From positions 208,577 to 272,576 of the IMG/VR virus record IMGVR_UViG_3300023174_000042: 64,000 nucleotides of DNA. One strand, written 5' to 3'. The notes under the pieces were generated by a model. It had not been told where the DNA came from. It did not search any database and saw nothing but the letters and a program-made list of their open reading frames with translations. Numbering within the stretch: the first letter of the stretch is position 1; every line of letters begins with the position of its first letter. A program made the translations under genes and the position numbers. Of this stretch, positions 18,651 through 28,363 are shown piece after piece.

Positions 18651-19076
18651 ATGAAAATTGTAGACGTAAACAGTTCCGTGACTGTTAATTACACGGGTAA
18701 ATTAGAAGATGGTTCAATTTTTGATTCTTCATTAAACGAAGGTCGTGAACCATTATCAGCAACTTTGGGTCAAGGTTCTTTAATTCCTGGGTTTGAAAAA
18801 GGATTACTTGGCATGACCGAAGGAGAAACCAAGACAATTACAATTCCTTTTTCTGAAGGTTATGGCGATATTAATCCTGATTTGATTGCTGAAGTCCCAA
18901 AAGACAGAGCACCTGAAGGCGTTACAGAAGGACAGATGCTTCAAACTATGACTAATCAAGGACCATTAAATGTTATTGTAAAAGAAATCAAAGAAGAAAG
19001 TTTGGTAATTGATGGTAACCACCCATTAGCAGGTAAAGATTTAATTTTTGATTTGGAGTTAATTTCCGTAGAGTAA
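18651..19076 (+). CDS. slyD: FKBP-type peptidyl-prolyl isomerase, SlyD-like
   Basis: YTGKLEDG..FDSS, LIPGFE, IDGNHPLAGKDLIF. Confidence 0.9.
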   Translation: MKIVDVNSSVTVNYTGKLEDGSIFDSSLNEGREPLSATLGQGSLIPGFEKGLLGMTEGETKTITIPFSEGYGDINPDLIAEVPKDRAPEGVTEGQMLQTMTNQGPLNVIVKEIKEESLVIDGNHPLAGKDLIFDLELISVE

Positions 19077-19139
19077 TTTTTTTATTTCAATTTATTTTTA
19101 TATATTTGTTTTATAACAACTATAAAAATATTTATTGAT

Positions 19140-19466
19140 ATGAATAATTTAAATAAAGAAATTGATTTATATAAAGACTTAAAAAAGAATGAACTAAAAA
19201 AAGTAATTCGACAATATAAATTTTTGTCTTTTACGAATAGTGAACTTTTTTATTTTTTATACACATTTCTTATATGTGGATTGGTTTTTTTCTTTTTTGT
19301 TGAGATATCTTTAAAGAATGTTTTTGTGTTAGTGTTATTTCACTATATTTTTATGTGGGAACTAATTTACAATTTAACAAAATTTAGATCTACAGATAAA
19401 AAAGAGAAAAAAGAGATAGATCAAATAATCCATACTCTTGAAAAATATCTTAAAGATAAAAATTAA
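19140..19466 (+). CDS. two-TM membrane protein
   Basis: Hydrophobic core; TATATTTG upstream. Confidence 0.6.
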   Translation: MNNLNKEIDLYKDLKKNELKKVIRQYKFLSFTNSELFYFLYTFLICGLVFFFFVEISLKNVFVLVLFHYIFMWELIYNLTKFRSTDKKEKKEIDQIIHTLEKYLKDKN

Positions 19467-19491
19467 AACCCCTTTTTAAGAGGGGTTTTTT
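19465..19491. terminator. bidirectional intrinsic terminator
   Basis: AAAACCCCT..AGGGGTTTT between convergent genes. Confidence 0.75.
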
Positions 19492-19492
19492 A

Positions 19493-20020
19493 TTATCTAC
19501 CTAATCTTGTGTCTCTATCTACTCGTCCTTTAAGCGCTAATAGTAATCCTGCAAATACCATTGCTGCGGATACTGGACCACCACCCATTTTGTCAACATA
19601 ATCATGAACTTGGATCATAAGTTCACCAGCGTCAGTATATCCCATTGCTTGACTAATCATACCCAAAGCACCGGCTCCCATCATACCTAATCCACCTCTC
19701 ATCATTGCTTTTTCTTTGAATGATTTCATTCTGTCTGAAATATCCTCTCTTAGAAACATTTCAGTTAAACCTTCAACTTCTTGATTGCTAACAATATCTT
19801 CCAAATCTTCAATTTCTTCGTCATCCAATCTTCTTAATTTCTTTTCGAAAAAGTCAGCAATTGTGTTTACTACTTCAGATTTATCCATTTTACTGTAATC
19901 ACTTTCATTATCCATTTCGTGATCATCAGATTCCATGCCCATTTCATTTTGAGTTTCGATAATAATTCTTTTGATTAAAGAATGAAACTCTGATTCTGTA
20001 AGTCTAATTTTTCTTCCCAT
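19493..20020 (-). CDS. leader-bearing protein with Gly-rich hydrophobic C-terminal hairpin
   Basis: MGRKIRLTESEFHSLIKRIIIE. Confidence 0.75.
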   Translation of the reverse strand: MGRKIRLTESEFHSLIKRIIIETQNEMGMESDDHEMDNESDYSKMDKSEVVNTIADFFEKKLRRLDDEEIEDLEDIVSNQEVEGLTEMFLREDISDRMKSFKEKAMMRGGLGMMGAGALGMISQAMGYTDAGELMIQVHDYVDKMGGGPVSAAMVFAGLLLALKGRVDRDTRLGR

Positions 20021-20073
20021 TTTTTTATTTTATTTATAAATATATTGTTATTTGAAATAAATTGGTATTTAAT

Positions 20074-20925
20074 TTATTTTTTTTGAATTGAGATTTTATA
20101 TTTGTATTCGTTTGCTACACCCAAATTCAAATTTTTCGATTTTCCCCATTTTTTAATTATTTGTTCAAGTTCTGAAACATAAATTTCAGGAACTTTGGTG
20201 GCAACTCTAATTTGTTTTACATTAGTTGGATTTGGTGTTGGATTTGGAATTATATCATTTTTTTTAGGAGCATTTTTTTGATATAAATAACCAGGAGTTC
20301 TTGTATTGTCACCAATGTCACCTTTAGGGTCAATATCTATCATTTTAGTTCCTGAAATAACCATATTAACATTTTGTGCAGTTTCTGGATTATCAAAATT
20401 TGAAACTTTAGCGGTGCCTTTTACAATCTTTACGTTTGGTAAATTCAAACTATTTAAATATGCGACCATGTTGTCTCTTCTTTTTGCGGCTAACTCTTCA
20501 TTTTTTTTCTTAGCCTCAGGAGATCCTGCTTTGAAATTACCCCATTGTGTATCGGAACTTGATCCGTTCACTGTCACAGTTCCACCTCCTTGTTGATTTA
20601 TATTTCGGATTTGAAAAACCGCATCTTTAACTTTTTGTGAATTCGGGTCGATTTGATCTTGTCCCGATTTAAAATTGTTACTACCTTCAACTTTTATAAC
20701 TTGTGGAATACTTCCTTTTTTTCCTAAAGCTCTCATTCTATCCACACTACTCATAGAACTATTTGGATAATTTGCGTAATCTGTTGTAGTCATCAGAGGC
20801 CCTTTGTAATTTTTGTCGAACATATTTGTTTTATCATCTTCTGTTATTGATTTGCCAGACTTTTTAAACTCATGTAGGAGTAAAATTCTTTTTTTTTCGT
20901 AATTATCAACTTTTAAACTTTTCAT
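20074..20925 (-). CDS. leader-bearing protein with OmpA-like domain
   Basis: F.SG...I; VTVNGSSS; NEELAAKRRDNMVAYL. Confidence 0.6.
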   Translation of the reverse strand: MKSLKVDNYEKKRILLLHEFKKSGKSITEDDKTNMFDKNYKGPLMTTTDYANYPNSSMSSVDRMRALGKKGSIPQVIKVEGSNNFKSGQDQIDPNSQKVKDAVFQIRNINQQGGGTVTVNGSSSDTQWGNFKAGSPEAKKKNEELAAKRRDNMVAYLNSLNLPNVKIVKGTAKVSNFDNPETAQNVNMVISGTKMIDIDPKGDIGDNTRTPGYLYQKNAPKKNDIIPNPTPNPTNVKQIRVATKVPEIYVSELEQIIKKWGKSKNLNLGVANEYKYKISIQKK

Positions 20926-20972
20926 ACTTTTGTTTTATAATAAATATTCAGAAATTTTTATTTATTTATTGT

Positions 20973-21464
20973 TTATAATAAATCATTAAGATTTTTCCAT
21001 TTTTTACATTTACTTTTTTTGGGAATCATGGCCACAATGATAATGATTAAAATAAAAATTCCAATCGCAATTAAAATTCCAGGAGAGACCGCAATTGTTC
21101 CTATCATAATTGCCTCAGTTAGTTGTTCTTTTACTTCTTCCTTTTTCTGAGATTTTTTTAATGATAAAAAGGCATCCTTAACTTTTTTGAATGTTTCTTT
21201 CAATTTTGTTTTATTTTGTGGGTCATGAGCCCAATCCCAAATTTTGGATAAAATTGTGTCATGTTCTTGATTTCCGGTTTTTGGAGGAGAGCAAATAGGA
21301 TTGGATTTATCCAAAACATTTTTAACTTCAACATTCAAACCTTCCAAATTTGACAAATTTTGTATTTTACTTAAATCCGATGCTTGATCTATTTTTGTTT
21401 CCTCTTCATTTAACAAACCCATCATTTGTCTAATTGTATTTATTTCATTTAATAAATTATTCAT
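20973..21464 (-). CDS. leader-bearing C-terminal TM protein
   Basis: MNNLLNEINTIRQMMGLLNEE. Confidence 0.75.
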   Translation of the reverse strand: MNNLLNEINTIRQMMGLLNEEETKIDQASDLSKIQNLSNLEGLNVEVKNVLDKSNPICSPPKTGNQEHDTILSKIWDWAHDPQNKTKLKETFKKVKDAFLSLKKSQKKEEVKEQLTEAIMIGTIAVSPGILIAIGIFILIIIIVAMIPKKSKCKKWKNLNDLL

Positions 21465-21486
21465 TTTGATTTTTTTTTAATAAATA

Positions 21487-21825
21487 TTACTTTTTTACAA
21501 AACAGAAAGGTTTTCCGTCTTTCATTATTGTAATACCAAGTTCGTCTGAAGGTGCTTTAGGATCAAATGTTAAATCAACATTATTAACTCTCTTACTTTC
21601 TTCATCTTTTAGAGAGTGTGTGTTGAAAGAAACCATGGTTGTATCTGACTTCATCATCATAGAAAAACAATCAGGAAGTATGTTAAAATCAGGAATAGGT
21701 CGTCTGTAATCCATTTTATCGGGCTGAACACCTGGTAGGTTAGAAAATTCCATTTCATTTATTAATTGTCCTCTTTTGTAGTCAAGAAGATATTTGATTT
21801 GAGACAGTTGTTCTTGGATATTCAT
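21487..21825 (-). CDS. leader-bearing hypothetical protein
   Basis: MNIQEQLSQIKYLL..LINE; start reassigned. Confidence 0.7.
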   Translation of the reverse strand: MNIQEQLSQIKYLLDYKRGQLINEMEFSNLPGVQPDKMDYRRPIPDFNILPDCFSMMMKSDTTMVSFNTHSLKDEESKRVNNVDLTFDPKAPSDELGITIMKDGKPFCFVKK

Positions 21826-21836
21826 ATAAATAAATA

Positions 21837-22160
21837 TCACAAAGGTAGTTCTTCAAAAAAGTCAATATATTCAACTCCTTTAAAAATCATTTGTTCTGAA
21901 TATCTTTCTTTAATCCAAATTGAAAATTGTTTAATAAATTCGTCTCGGTGAAGCGGAATAAAAGATGAAAAATCAAGTTCTATGTCCCTTAAAGTTTTAA
22001 TTTCTTTAGTAGAAGGGTAATAAACAATTAGAGGTGAATTTTTATTGTCTATTGTATAAAATATGAAAACCATTTTACCAAAAAATTTTGATTCTACGGG
22101 AAATAACTCACCGTAAACCAAATCAAATAATTTCATACTTGCCTTTTTCATTCTAAACAA
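21837..22160 (-). CDS. hypothetical protein
   Basis: TATATTTG upstream. Confidence 0.6.
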   Translation of the reverse strand: MFRMKKASMKLFDLVYGELFPVESKFFGKMVFIFYTIDNKNSPLIVYYPSTKEIKTLRDIELDFSSFIPLHRDEFIKQFSIWIKERYSEQMIFKGVEYIDFFEELPL

Positions 22161-22183
22161 ATATAAAATAAAAAAATCAAAAA

Positions 22184-22660
22184 TTAAACTTCTCTAATGT
22201 CGTCAATCCAATCATCAACCCAATCAGAATCGATTACTTCTGAATCAATTTCTTCACCATTATACGGTTCATAAAAACCATCAGATTGCATTTCTTGTAA
22301 CATACCTTTTGTTATTGGAATATAACTATCATATGTGTTTAAATATGTGTCTTGAATTCTTGCGTTTCTTTCGTAAACATGAGTAATTTCATAACTTTTC
22401 AACTTAGGTCTTTTGATTGGTTCAGTTGCGAACTCAGGATTTTCAAGTAAAATGTAAATAATGTAAGTAACATCTTCGAACTCAGATTCTAAACCAAAAG
22501 TTTCTAATTCTGATTCAATTGGTCCGTAAGCCTCAATAAACCTATCTTCATAATCTTCAAGTAGATCATCTAAAGACACACCTTTATTTTCTAATGTTTC
22601 AACTATACTAATTAAAATTGGTCTAAGCGCTTTATCGGGATATTGTTCTATTTTTCTCAT
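22184..22660 (-). CDS. acidic hypothetical protein
   Basis: 158-aa ORF. Confidence 0.7.
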   Translation of the reverse strand: MRKIEQYPDKALRPILISIVETLENKGVSLDDLLEDYEDRFIEAYGPIESELETFGLESEFEDVTYIIYILLENPEFATEPIKRPKLKSYEITHVYERNARIQDTYLNTYDSYIPITKGMLQEMQSDGFYEPYNGEEIDSEVIDSDWVDDWIDDIREV

Positions 22661-23058
22661 AAATTGTCATTAATATTTTTAATTTTTTCATCGTATTCTT
22701 CACTAAATTGTATTTTAACAATTTTAATTCCAATGTATTCATCACCAAAAAAATACGACATTTCTTCTCTAATTAAATTAGTCAAATAATTATTTAATCT
22801 ATAATCTTTATCTAAATTATTTTTTAATGCTTTAAACACATGAAAAATTTTTGTAGCTCTTTCATCACCATCAATAATTTCAACTAGCACATCTAAATAA
22901 TCTTGATATTCTCCAACAGAAATCATTCTTCTTTGACCTGTTATTATAAATTGAAATTGAAAATTTATTTTAAGATCAGTAACAATATCTCCGTCATAAT
23001 CAAAAACCATGTCTTTGATTACATTATTTATTTTTTTTATGTGTTTTTCTGAAATCAT
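22657..23058 (-). CDS. hypothetical protein
   Basis: 133-aa ORF. Confidence 0.7.
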   Translation of the reverse strand: MISEKHIKKINNVIKDMVFDYDGDIVTDLKINFQFQFIITGQRRMISVGEYQDYLDVLVEIIDGDERATKIFHVFKALKNNLDKDYRLNNYLTNLIREEMSYFFGDEYIGIKIVKIQFSEEYDEKIKNINDNL

Positions 23059-23063
23059 ATAAT

Positions 23064-23924
23064 TTACATAAACTTACTTATATAGTAATCAATCAATTCC
23101 TTAATTGGCTCGATTAACAATTTAGGATATTCATTATTTAAAAAATTAATTAGTTCTGAAATAGACTCAAAACTTTTTGGGGTATAACTTGTTTGAAAAC
23201 CTTGATTGTCATACATATCATAATAATCACCAGATTCCCTATCTTCAAAATATCCTCCTTCAACAGGAGTTCTACACTCACCATTCCAATAAGGTGTTGC
23301 AAACCCACTTAACATGTAGTCTGGATTGTAATATTCAAAAGTAATAGCACCACCAAAAGTGTCCCAATTTAGAACTAAATCTACAGTTCCGTCATCAAAA
23401 CTATGTTTTTTATTTACTAAATCAGTATAATTAAAAAGTATTCTAACTAATTTTTCAGCAAAATCACAATTAATATGCATTTTTTTATCTTTTAATAAAA
23501 AAATTATTTGTTCTAAAGATAATCCTGTCAATTCTGAAATTTCTTTAAAATCCATACCATCATTATACATTTTATAAATGAGTTTTGAATTTTTATCAAA
23601 AGTTGATTCATTAATATTTTTTTCTAAACGAGACATAAAGTAATCTTTAATTTTCGTGTAATATTCATTTGTAATATATCGTTGGGTTTGGTTTCTTAAT
23701 GTCACTTTTTCATCTCCTGTAAGTTTTGTTTGATTTGCAATTTCATTTGCTAATTTCATTACAACAGTGGATTCAAATGAACGGTAAAGTCTTTTGTCTA
23801 AAGGAGTGTTATAATTACCTTGTAAGTAACTGTAGACTAAATCCATAGTAGGATCAATTAATCTTTCAATTTCACCGATTCGTCTAATAAGACCAAGTTG
23901 ATTTTCTGAAATTAATATTTTCAT
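23064..23924 (-). CDS. leader-bearing two-module protein (joined at KNINES), second module begins HTH-like
   Basis: MKILISENQL; GMDFKEISELTGLS. Confidence 0.75.
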   Translation of the reverse strand: MKILISENQLGLIRRIGEIERLIDPTMDLVYSYLQGNYNTPLDKRLYRSFESTVVMKLANEIANQTKLTGDEKVTLRNQTQRYITNEYYTKIKDYFMSRLEKNINESTFDKNSKLIYKMYNDGMDFKEISELTGLSLEQIIFLLKDKKMHINCDFAEKLVRILFNYTDLVNKKHSFDDGTVDLVLNWDTFGGAITFEYYNPDYMLSGFATPYWNGECRTPVEGGYFEDRESGDYYDMYDNQGFQTSYTPKSFESISELINFLNNEYPKLLIEPIKELIDYYISKFM

Positions 23925-23980
23925 ATATTATAAATACAGTAGAAAACAAAAAACCCCACTTGTTATAAATGGTGCCAAAC

Positions 23981-24151
23981 TTAAAAAAAAATACTAAACA
24001 GAATATTTTTTAAATCAACCAAAATAAATGGAAAGTATCTATAAACTAAGTAAATTCCTAGTATGATTAAAATTACACGATAAAATTTTTTGATTAGGTA
24101 TCTAACTAAAAGAATTGCTAAAATTAAAAAAATGATAAGAGAAATTGACAT
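23981..24151 (-). CDS. small membrane protein (56 aa, below ORF-track cutoff)
   Basis: MSISLIIFLILAILLV..; TATATTTG upstream. Confidence 0.5.
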   Translation of the reverse strand: MSISLIIFLILAILLVRYLIKKFYRVILIILGIYLVYRYFPFILVDLKNILFSIFF

Positions 24152-24393
24152 TGTATGATTATATTTTTACAAATATAAATATTTTTTTTTATTCACAAAA
24201 AAAATCATTCATTTTTTTCATCATTATCGTTTCTGACATTTTTTTTCACGATTTTTTTAAATTTTTTAAACTTAAGTGTGTCTTTTGATATTCCTGATGA
24301 AGAGTGTTCTCTAATTTTTGGTTTTTTCATTTCATTAGATAATTTAACATTAAATATTTAAGATCATCAAATGTTTTATTTTTTAAAAAGACC

Positions 24394-24485
24394 AAAAAAA
24401 AACCCGAAGGGTTCAGGTCAAAAAATTTCCGACGTAGTCGGGAAGTGGTTTCCGGCACCCCACACAAAGGAAGAAAAATAAAAAA
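24394..24485. repeat. ~90-bp structured intergenic repeat, copy 1
   Basis: Similar to 25460-25549. Confidence 0.8.
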
Positions 24486-24506
24486 CCCCCAATAATAATT
24501 AAAAAT

Positions 24507-24665
24507 TTATGAATTATTTGATTTATCATATATAATCCAAAAAACCCAATATAAAATTTGATAACAACCAATTAAATTAATTATTTGTTTTGGCAAATAT
24601 ATAAAAGAAACAATTGTTAAAACAATTACAAAAAATATATATAAAAACTTTTTTAAAATCACCAT
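24507..24665 (-). CDS. small membrane protein (52 aa)
   Basis: MVILKKFLYIFFVIV..; start overlaps upstream stop. Confidence 0.45.
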   Translation of the reverse strand: MVILKKFLYIFFVIVLTIVSFIYLPKQIINLIGCYQILYWVFWIIYDKSNNS

Positions 24666-25069
24666 TTAATTCTTTTATTTTTTTTGACATTAAAATTGTA
24701 TTTGACTAACACAGGATTTCCTATAAGATCGGATTTTTTCTCATAAAAAAATTCAACACAATCAATATTAAGTTTTGTTTTTTCATTAACATAAGATAAA
24801 ATGGTTCTTGAAAACATTTTTTTTCTTGTGATAGCTTTTGATATAAAACTTTCAATTTCATCTAAGATGTCTGTAGAAACATACATATCTTTTTTGCAAC
24901 CTGGCATTCTTCCCGCTTTAGTATAAACTGTAAAAATATCCTCACCATCCTTTGATATTATATGAATTATACTATCCTTTTTTTTATATGAAATGTTTGG
25001 TCCATAAAAATTATCTAATAATTTAAAAACCACTTTTTTATATTGATCTTCTGTAACAATAATTTTCAT
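24659..25069 (-). CDS. leader-bearing hypothetical protein
   Basis: MKIIVTEDQY; start reassigned. Confidence 0.75.
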   Translation of the reverse strand: MKIIVTEDQYKKVVFKLLDNFYGPNISYKKKDSIIHIISKDGEDIFTVYTKAGRMPGCKKDMYVSTDILDEIESFISKAITRKKMFSRTILSYVNEKTKLNIDCVEFFYEKKSDLIGNPVLVKYNFNVKKNKRIKW

Positions 25070-25070
25070 A

Positions 25071-25394
25071 TTAATCTTTTGACATTTGTTTAACAAAATA
25101 AACATCTCGAATCGGATACCAAAACTTATTTTGAATCCAAATTTTAATAACTTCTTTTGCTTTTTCTTCATCCAAGTCTGAGGTCATATCTATTAATTCA
25201 TCAACATACTTTTTAAAAAAATAAACATCTTCACTTCTTTCACTATAAGTAAAAATTCTAATATCCCCAATATAATATAGTTTATAACCTCTTTCAGATT
25301 TTTCTTTATTTAATTCAATACCTTTAAGTATTAAATCCAAACTCTTCAAGTAGAATAACAGATTTAGTTGCGATTCTGAAATAATAATTTTCAT
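25071..25394 (-). CDS. leader-bearing hypothetical protein
   Basis: MKIIISESQL. Confidence 0.75.
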   Translation of the reverse strand: MKIIISESQLNLLFYLKSLDLILKGIELNKEKSERGYKLYYIGDIRIFTYSERSEDVYFFKKYVDELIDMTSDLDEEKAKEVIKIWIQNKFWYPIRDVYFVKQMSKD

Positions 25395-25459
25395 ATAAAT
25401 AAATATAGTGTTCGACCTCTTTTTTTAATGAACCATTTTAATAAGTTATAATATAAAAC

Positions 25460-25549
25460 AAAAAAACCCCGAAGGGTTTAAGTCAAAAATTTTCGACGAA
25501 GTCGTAGGGGGTTTCCGGCCCCCCACACAAAGGAAGAAAATAAAAAAAA
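25460..25549. repeat. ~90-bp structured intergenic repeat, copy 2
   Basis: Similar to 24394-24485. Confidence 0.8.
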
Positions 25550-25575
25550 GTATTTTATTTTTTTATAAAATAAAA

Positions 25576-25881
25576 TTAATAATCTTCACCCATTTCATCA
25601 CCCATAGGGTTTCTCAAACTTTCTGATCCCCAATTTGGATTTCTATGTTTGGAAGCAACTTCCATATTATTCATTTCTAGTTTGATTGCATGTTGTAAAG
25701 CCTTCAAATCATCCATAATTTCTTCAGGAGTTCTTGCCCCCAACATTCCACCTCTTTCTCTTAAAAAAGAATCTACCGCCTTCATAGCACTTGGTAAATT
25801 ACTCATTTCGCCACTTTCTTTAATTACACGTCTAACAATTCTTGTTAAATCTCTTTCGTTTAATCTTACAGTTCTTTTCAT
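25576..25881 (-). CDS. leader-bearing cassette protein
   Basis: MKRTVRLNERDLTRIVRRVIKE. Confidence 0.8.
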   Translation of the reverse strand: MKRTVRLNERDLTRIVRRVIKESGEMSNLPSAMKAVDSFLRERGGMLGARTPEEIMDDLKALQHAIKLEMNNMEVASKHRNPNWGSESLRNPMGDEMGEDY

Positions 25882-26059
25882 AACTTTATTTTTTTTTATT
25901 ATTTATTTATTTATAAATATATCATAAAATAAAAAACCCCCACTTTAAGGGAGAGGATTTAATTTTCAATTATCCGATATACGGTGTTTTTTTTAAAAAT
26001 TAGTAGAAATTTAAAATTGGTCTTTATATTTATCGATATCTGAAATAATTTGTTTTTTA

Positions 26060-26488
26060 CTAAAAATCTTGATCATCATCATTATACATATGATCTCCCC
26101 ACTGATAAGGTTTTTCACTTTCAACCCACATACGATTTTTACCGTGGGACCCCTTTCTAATTCCTATCTTTATACTTTTAATTCCATTTTTTGAAATACC
26201 TTTAACGATTTCAAAAAAAGTTTTTTTAACATCAGAAAAATCCATAGAAACCTTGTCTCTTTGATACATAATGTCAGCATCAGATTTATTCATATATGCG
26301 CCATATAAATCTTTAATAACATTTTTTAATTGTTGATCATTTGAATTTTCTACTTCATCCATGACATCTTCAATATCATCTTTTGAAGGTTCTCCCAAGA
26401 AGGTTCTTCTTAAAAAATTTGTTTCAGAAATAACACGTTTAACAATACGAGTTAAATCTCTTTCTGTTAGTCTTACAATTCTTTTCAT
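26060..26488 (-). CDS. leader-bearing cassette protein
   Basis: MKRIVRLTERDLTRIVKRVISE; start reassigned. Confidence 0.8.
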   Translation of the reverse strand: MKRIVRLTERDLTRIVKRVISETNFLRRTFLGEPSKDDIEDVMDEVENSNDQQLKNVIKDLYGAYMNKSDADIMYQRDKVSMDFSDVKKTFFEIVKGISKNGIKSIKIGIRKGSHGKNRMWVESEKPYQWGDHMYNDDDQDF

Positions 26489-26555
26489 AATATTTTTATT
26501 TATAAATATATTATAAAACAAAAAACCCCACTTTAAGGGAGGGGGGGTTTTTTTA

Positions 26556-26954
26556 TTATCCTTTATTAGCTGTTTTTTTAAATTTATAAGTTTTGTAATC
26601 TCCTAAATCTTTTAAAATTTTGTTGTGGTCTACAAGGTAATCAGGTGGTGATAAAGGGTATGTTTTATTTATTATGGTTTTTCCATTAACAGATACAATC
26701 AACTGTATCTTTTTAGAACTTGAGCTATAGTAGATATAAGCACCATTACTATCATCACCTTTACTTAAACCATTAAATACACCATCAGGACCAAGGACAC
26801 TACTAGCATTATTTAGTTTTTCAAACCCGTATGGGGTAAGTGCTTGAGCAAGATGATACATAGGACTATGTGTTCCACCTTCCATTTCTTCATTAATAAC
26901 TCGTCTTACAATTCGAGCCAAGTCTGATTCTGTTAATCTTACAATTCTTTTCAT
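26556..26954 (-). CDS. leader-bearing cassette protein
   Basis: MKRIVRLTESDLARIVRRVINEEM; start reassigned. Confidence 0.8.
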   Translation of the reverse strand: MKRIVRLTESDLARIVRRVINEEMEGGTHSPMYHLAQALTPYGFEKLNNASSVLGPDGVFNGLSKGDDSNGAYIYYSSSSKKIQLIVSVNGKTIINKTYPLSPPDYLVDHNKILKDLGDYKTYKFKKTANKG

Positions 26955-27018
26955 AATATTTTTATTTATAAATATATCAATCAAAAAAAAAAAACGATTT
27001 TTTTATAAAAATTTTTTT
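26882..27018. repeat. near-identical ~135-bp promoter+leader repeat, copy 1
   Basis: Nearly identical to 27399-27537; related copy 29694-29845. Confidence 0.9.
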
Positions 27019-27129
27019 TCAGTATTTGACCATATTTGAAATGGGGGGGTTAATTTATTTATAAATATATCATAAAATAAAAAACCCCACTGATGAGGTG
27101 GGGGATTTAATATGTTGTATGTTTAATTA

Positions 27130-27471
27130 TTATATTTTTGATGTTATTGTCGAATAAACTTTATCAACCACTCTATGATCTCCACTCACTGTACCATTTA
27201 CTCCAGGTTTACCGTATCTGAACACTCCTCTTAGATTCGATGGATTTTTAATATCAAAATGATAATATTGTACATAACTAGCATTTGGGTCTTTACCTTT
27301 TTGTAGCATTTCGTTTCCATCGGGATCTGTAGAATATTTAAACCCTTTAGGTTCATAATGGTTTCTTAATTTTTTCCAAACGCAATCAGCGTCGCATCCC
27401 ATTTCTTCATTAATAACTCGTCTTACAATTCGAGCCAAGTCTGATTCTGTTAATCTTATAATTCTTTTCAT
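27130..27471 (-). CDS. leader-bearing cassette protein
   Basis: MKRIIRLTESDLARIVRRVINEEM; start reassigned. Confidence 0.8.
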   Translation of the reverse strand: MKRIIRLTESDLARIVRRVINEEMGCDADCVWKKLRNHYEPKGFKYSTDPDGNEMLQKGKDPNASYVQYYHFDIKNPSNLRGVFRYGKPGVNGTVSGDHRVVDKVYSTITSKI

Positions 27472-27537
27472 AATATTTTTATTTATAAATATATCAGTCA
27501 AAAAAAAAAAACGATTTTTTTTATAAAAATTTTTTTT
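27399..27537. repeat. near-identical promoter+leader repeat, copy 2
   Basis: See 26882-27018. Confidence 0.9.
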
Positions 27538-27575
27538 GTATTTGGTGTTTATTTGAAAAGGTGGGGTTAATTTAT

Positions 27576-28034
27576 TTATAAATATCTTTCTCTTAGAGTT
27601 TCTCTAACAATTCTTTTAATTAAAGATTCATCAATCACACTTTCACCTTTTCTTTTTTCATCATAACCATAGACAGTTGTATAAACACTGAATGGTAGAT
27701 CCTCCAAATACTCAAGATAAAAATCATCTCTAAGTTCTTGAATATACCAAATGTCGTTATCATAACCACTATCGGCCCAAACAGGATAATAGTCCTCACC
27801 ATTTTTTGTTATAGAATCAATAATAGTATCTATATCACCAACGGCATCTATTCCTTCACCAATAACACTTCTAACGACAATATGAAATTTAAATTCATAG
27901 ATGATATCACCAAGAACATAGTTATATCCATCATAAACATCTTCAGTATCTGTGAGCGTCATTTCAAACTCCTTGTTTTCAAAGAGTTTCTTTAATAAAT
28001 TTTTTAGTTTTTTATTTCCAATATTTATTTTCAT
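27576..28034 (-). CDS. acidic protein with leader-like motif at C terminus
   Basis: Ends IDESLIKRIVRETLRE. Confidence 0.7.
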   Translation of the reverse strand: MKINIGNKKLKNLLKKLFENKEFEMTLTDTEDVYDGYNYVLGDIIYEFKFHIVVRSVIGEGIDAVGDIDTIIDSITKNGEDYYPVWADSGYDNDIWYIQELRDDFYLEYLEDLPFSVYTTVYGYDEKRKGESVIDESLIKRIVRETLRERYL

Positions 28035-28363
28035 GGATCAACAAAATTAAACACCCAAACTGCGGTCCATTTACCATCTTTCTTTGGGAATAATGACTCA
28101 AACATCTCATCAATATCATTTGTTATGGGTGAGTTATCTGATTCTCCATCATGAAATGATTGTTCATGATCATTTGTTTTAATATTAAACCTATACAACG
28201 GAACCTTATATGATTTCGGATGTCTAAACATAAATGGTTCAACTTTAACACCATCGATTCCTTCATACCAAGGATATTCAGATAGAATATAATCAATATA
28301 TTTTTCAAATACTTTGATCTTTCTAAGAGACTCCGCTTGATCTTCAGTTATAATGATTTTCAT
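28031..28363 (-). CDS. leader-bearing hypothetical protein
   Basis: MKIIITEDQ. Confidence 0.75.
   Translation of the reverse strand: MKIIITEDQAESLRKIKVFEKYIDYILSEYPWYEGIDGVKVEPFMFRHPKSYKVPLYRFNIKTNDHEQSFHDGESDNSPITNDIDEMFESLFPKKDGKWTAVWVFNFVDP

Noticed and set aside
26882-27537. Near-identical repeats as DGR template/variable regions
   Set aside because: They cover promoter and N-terminal leader, have too few differences to show adenine-specific mutagenesis, and no reverse transcriptase is in the window.
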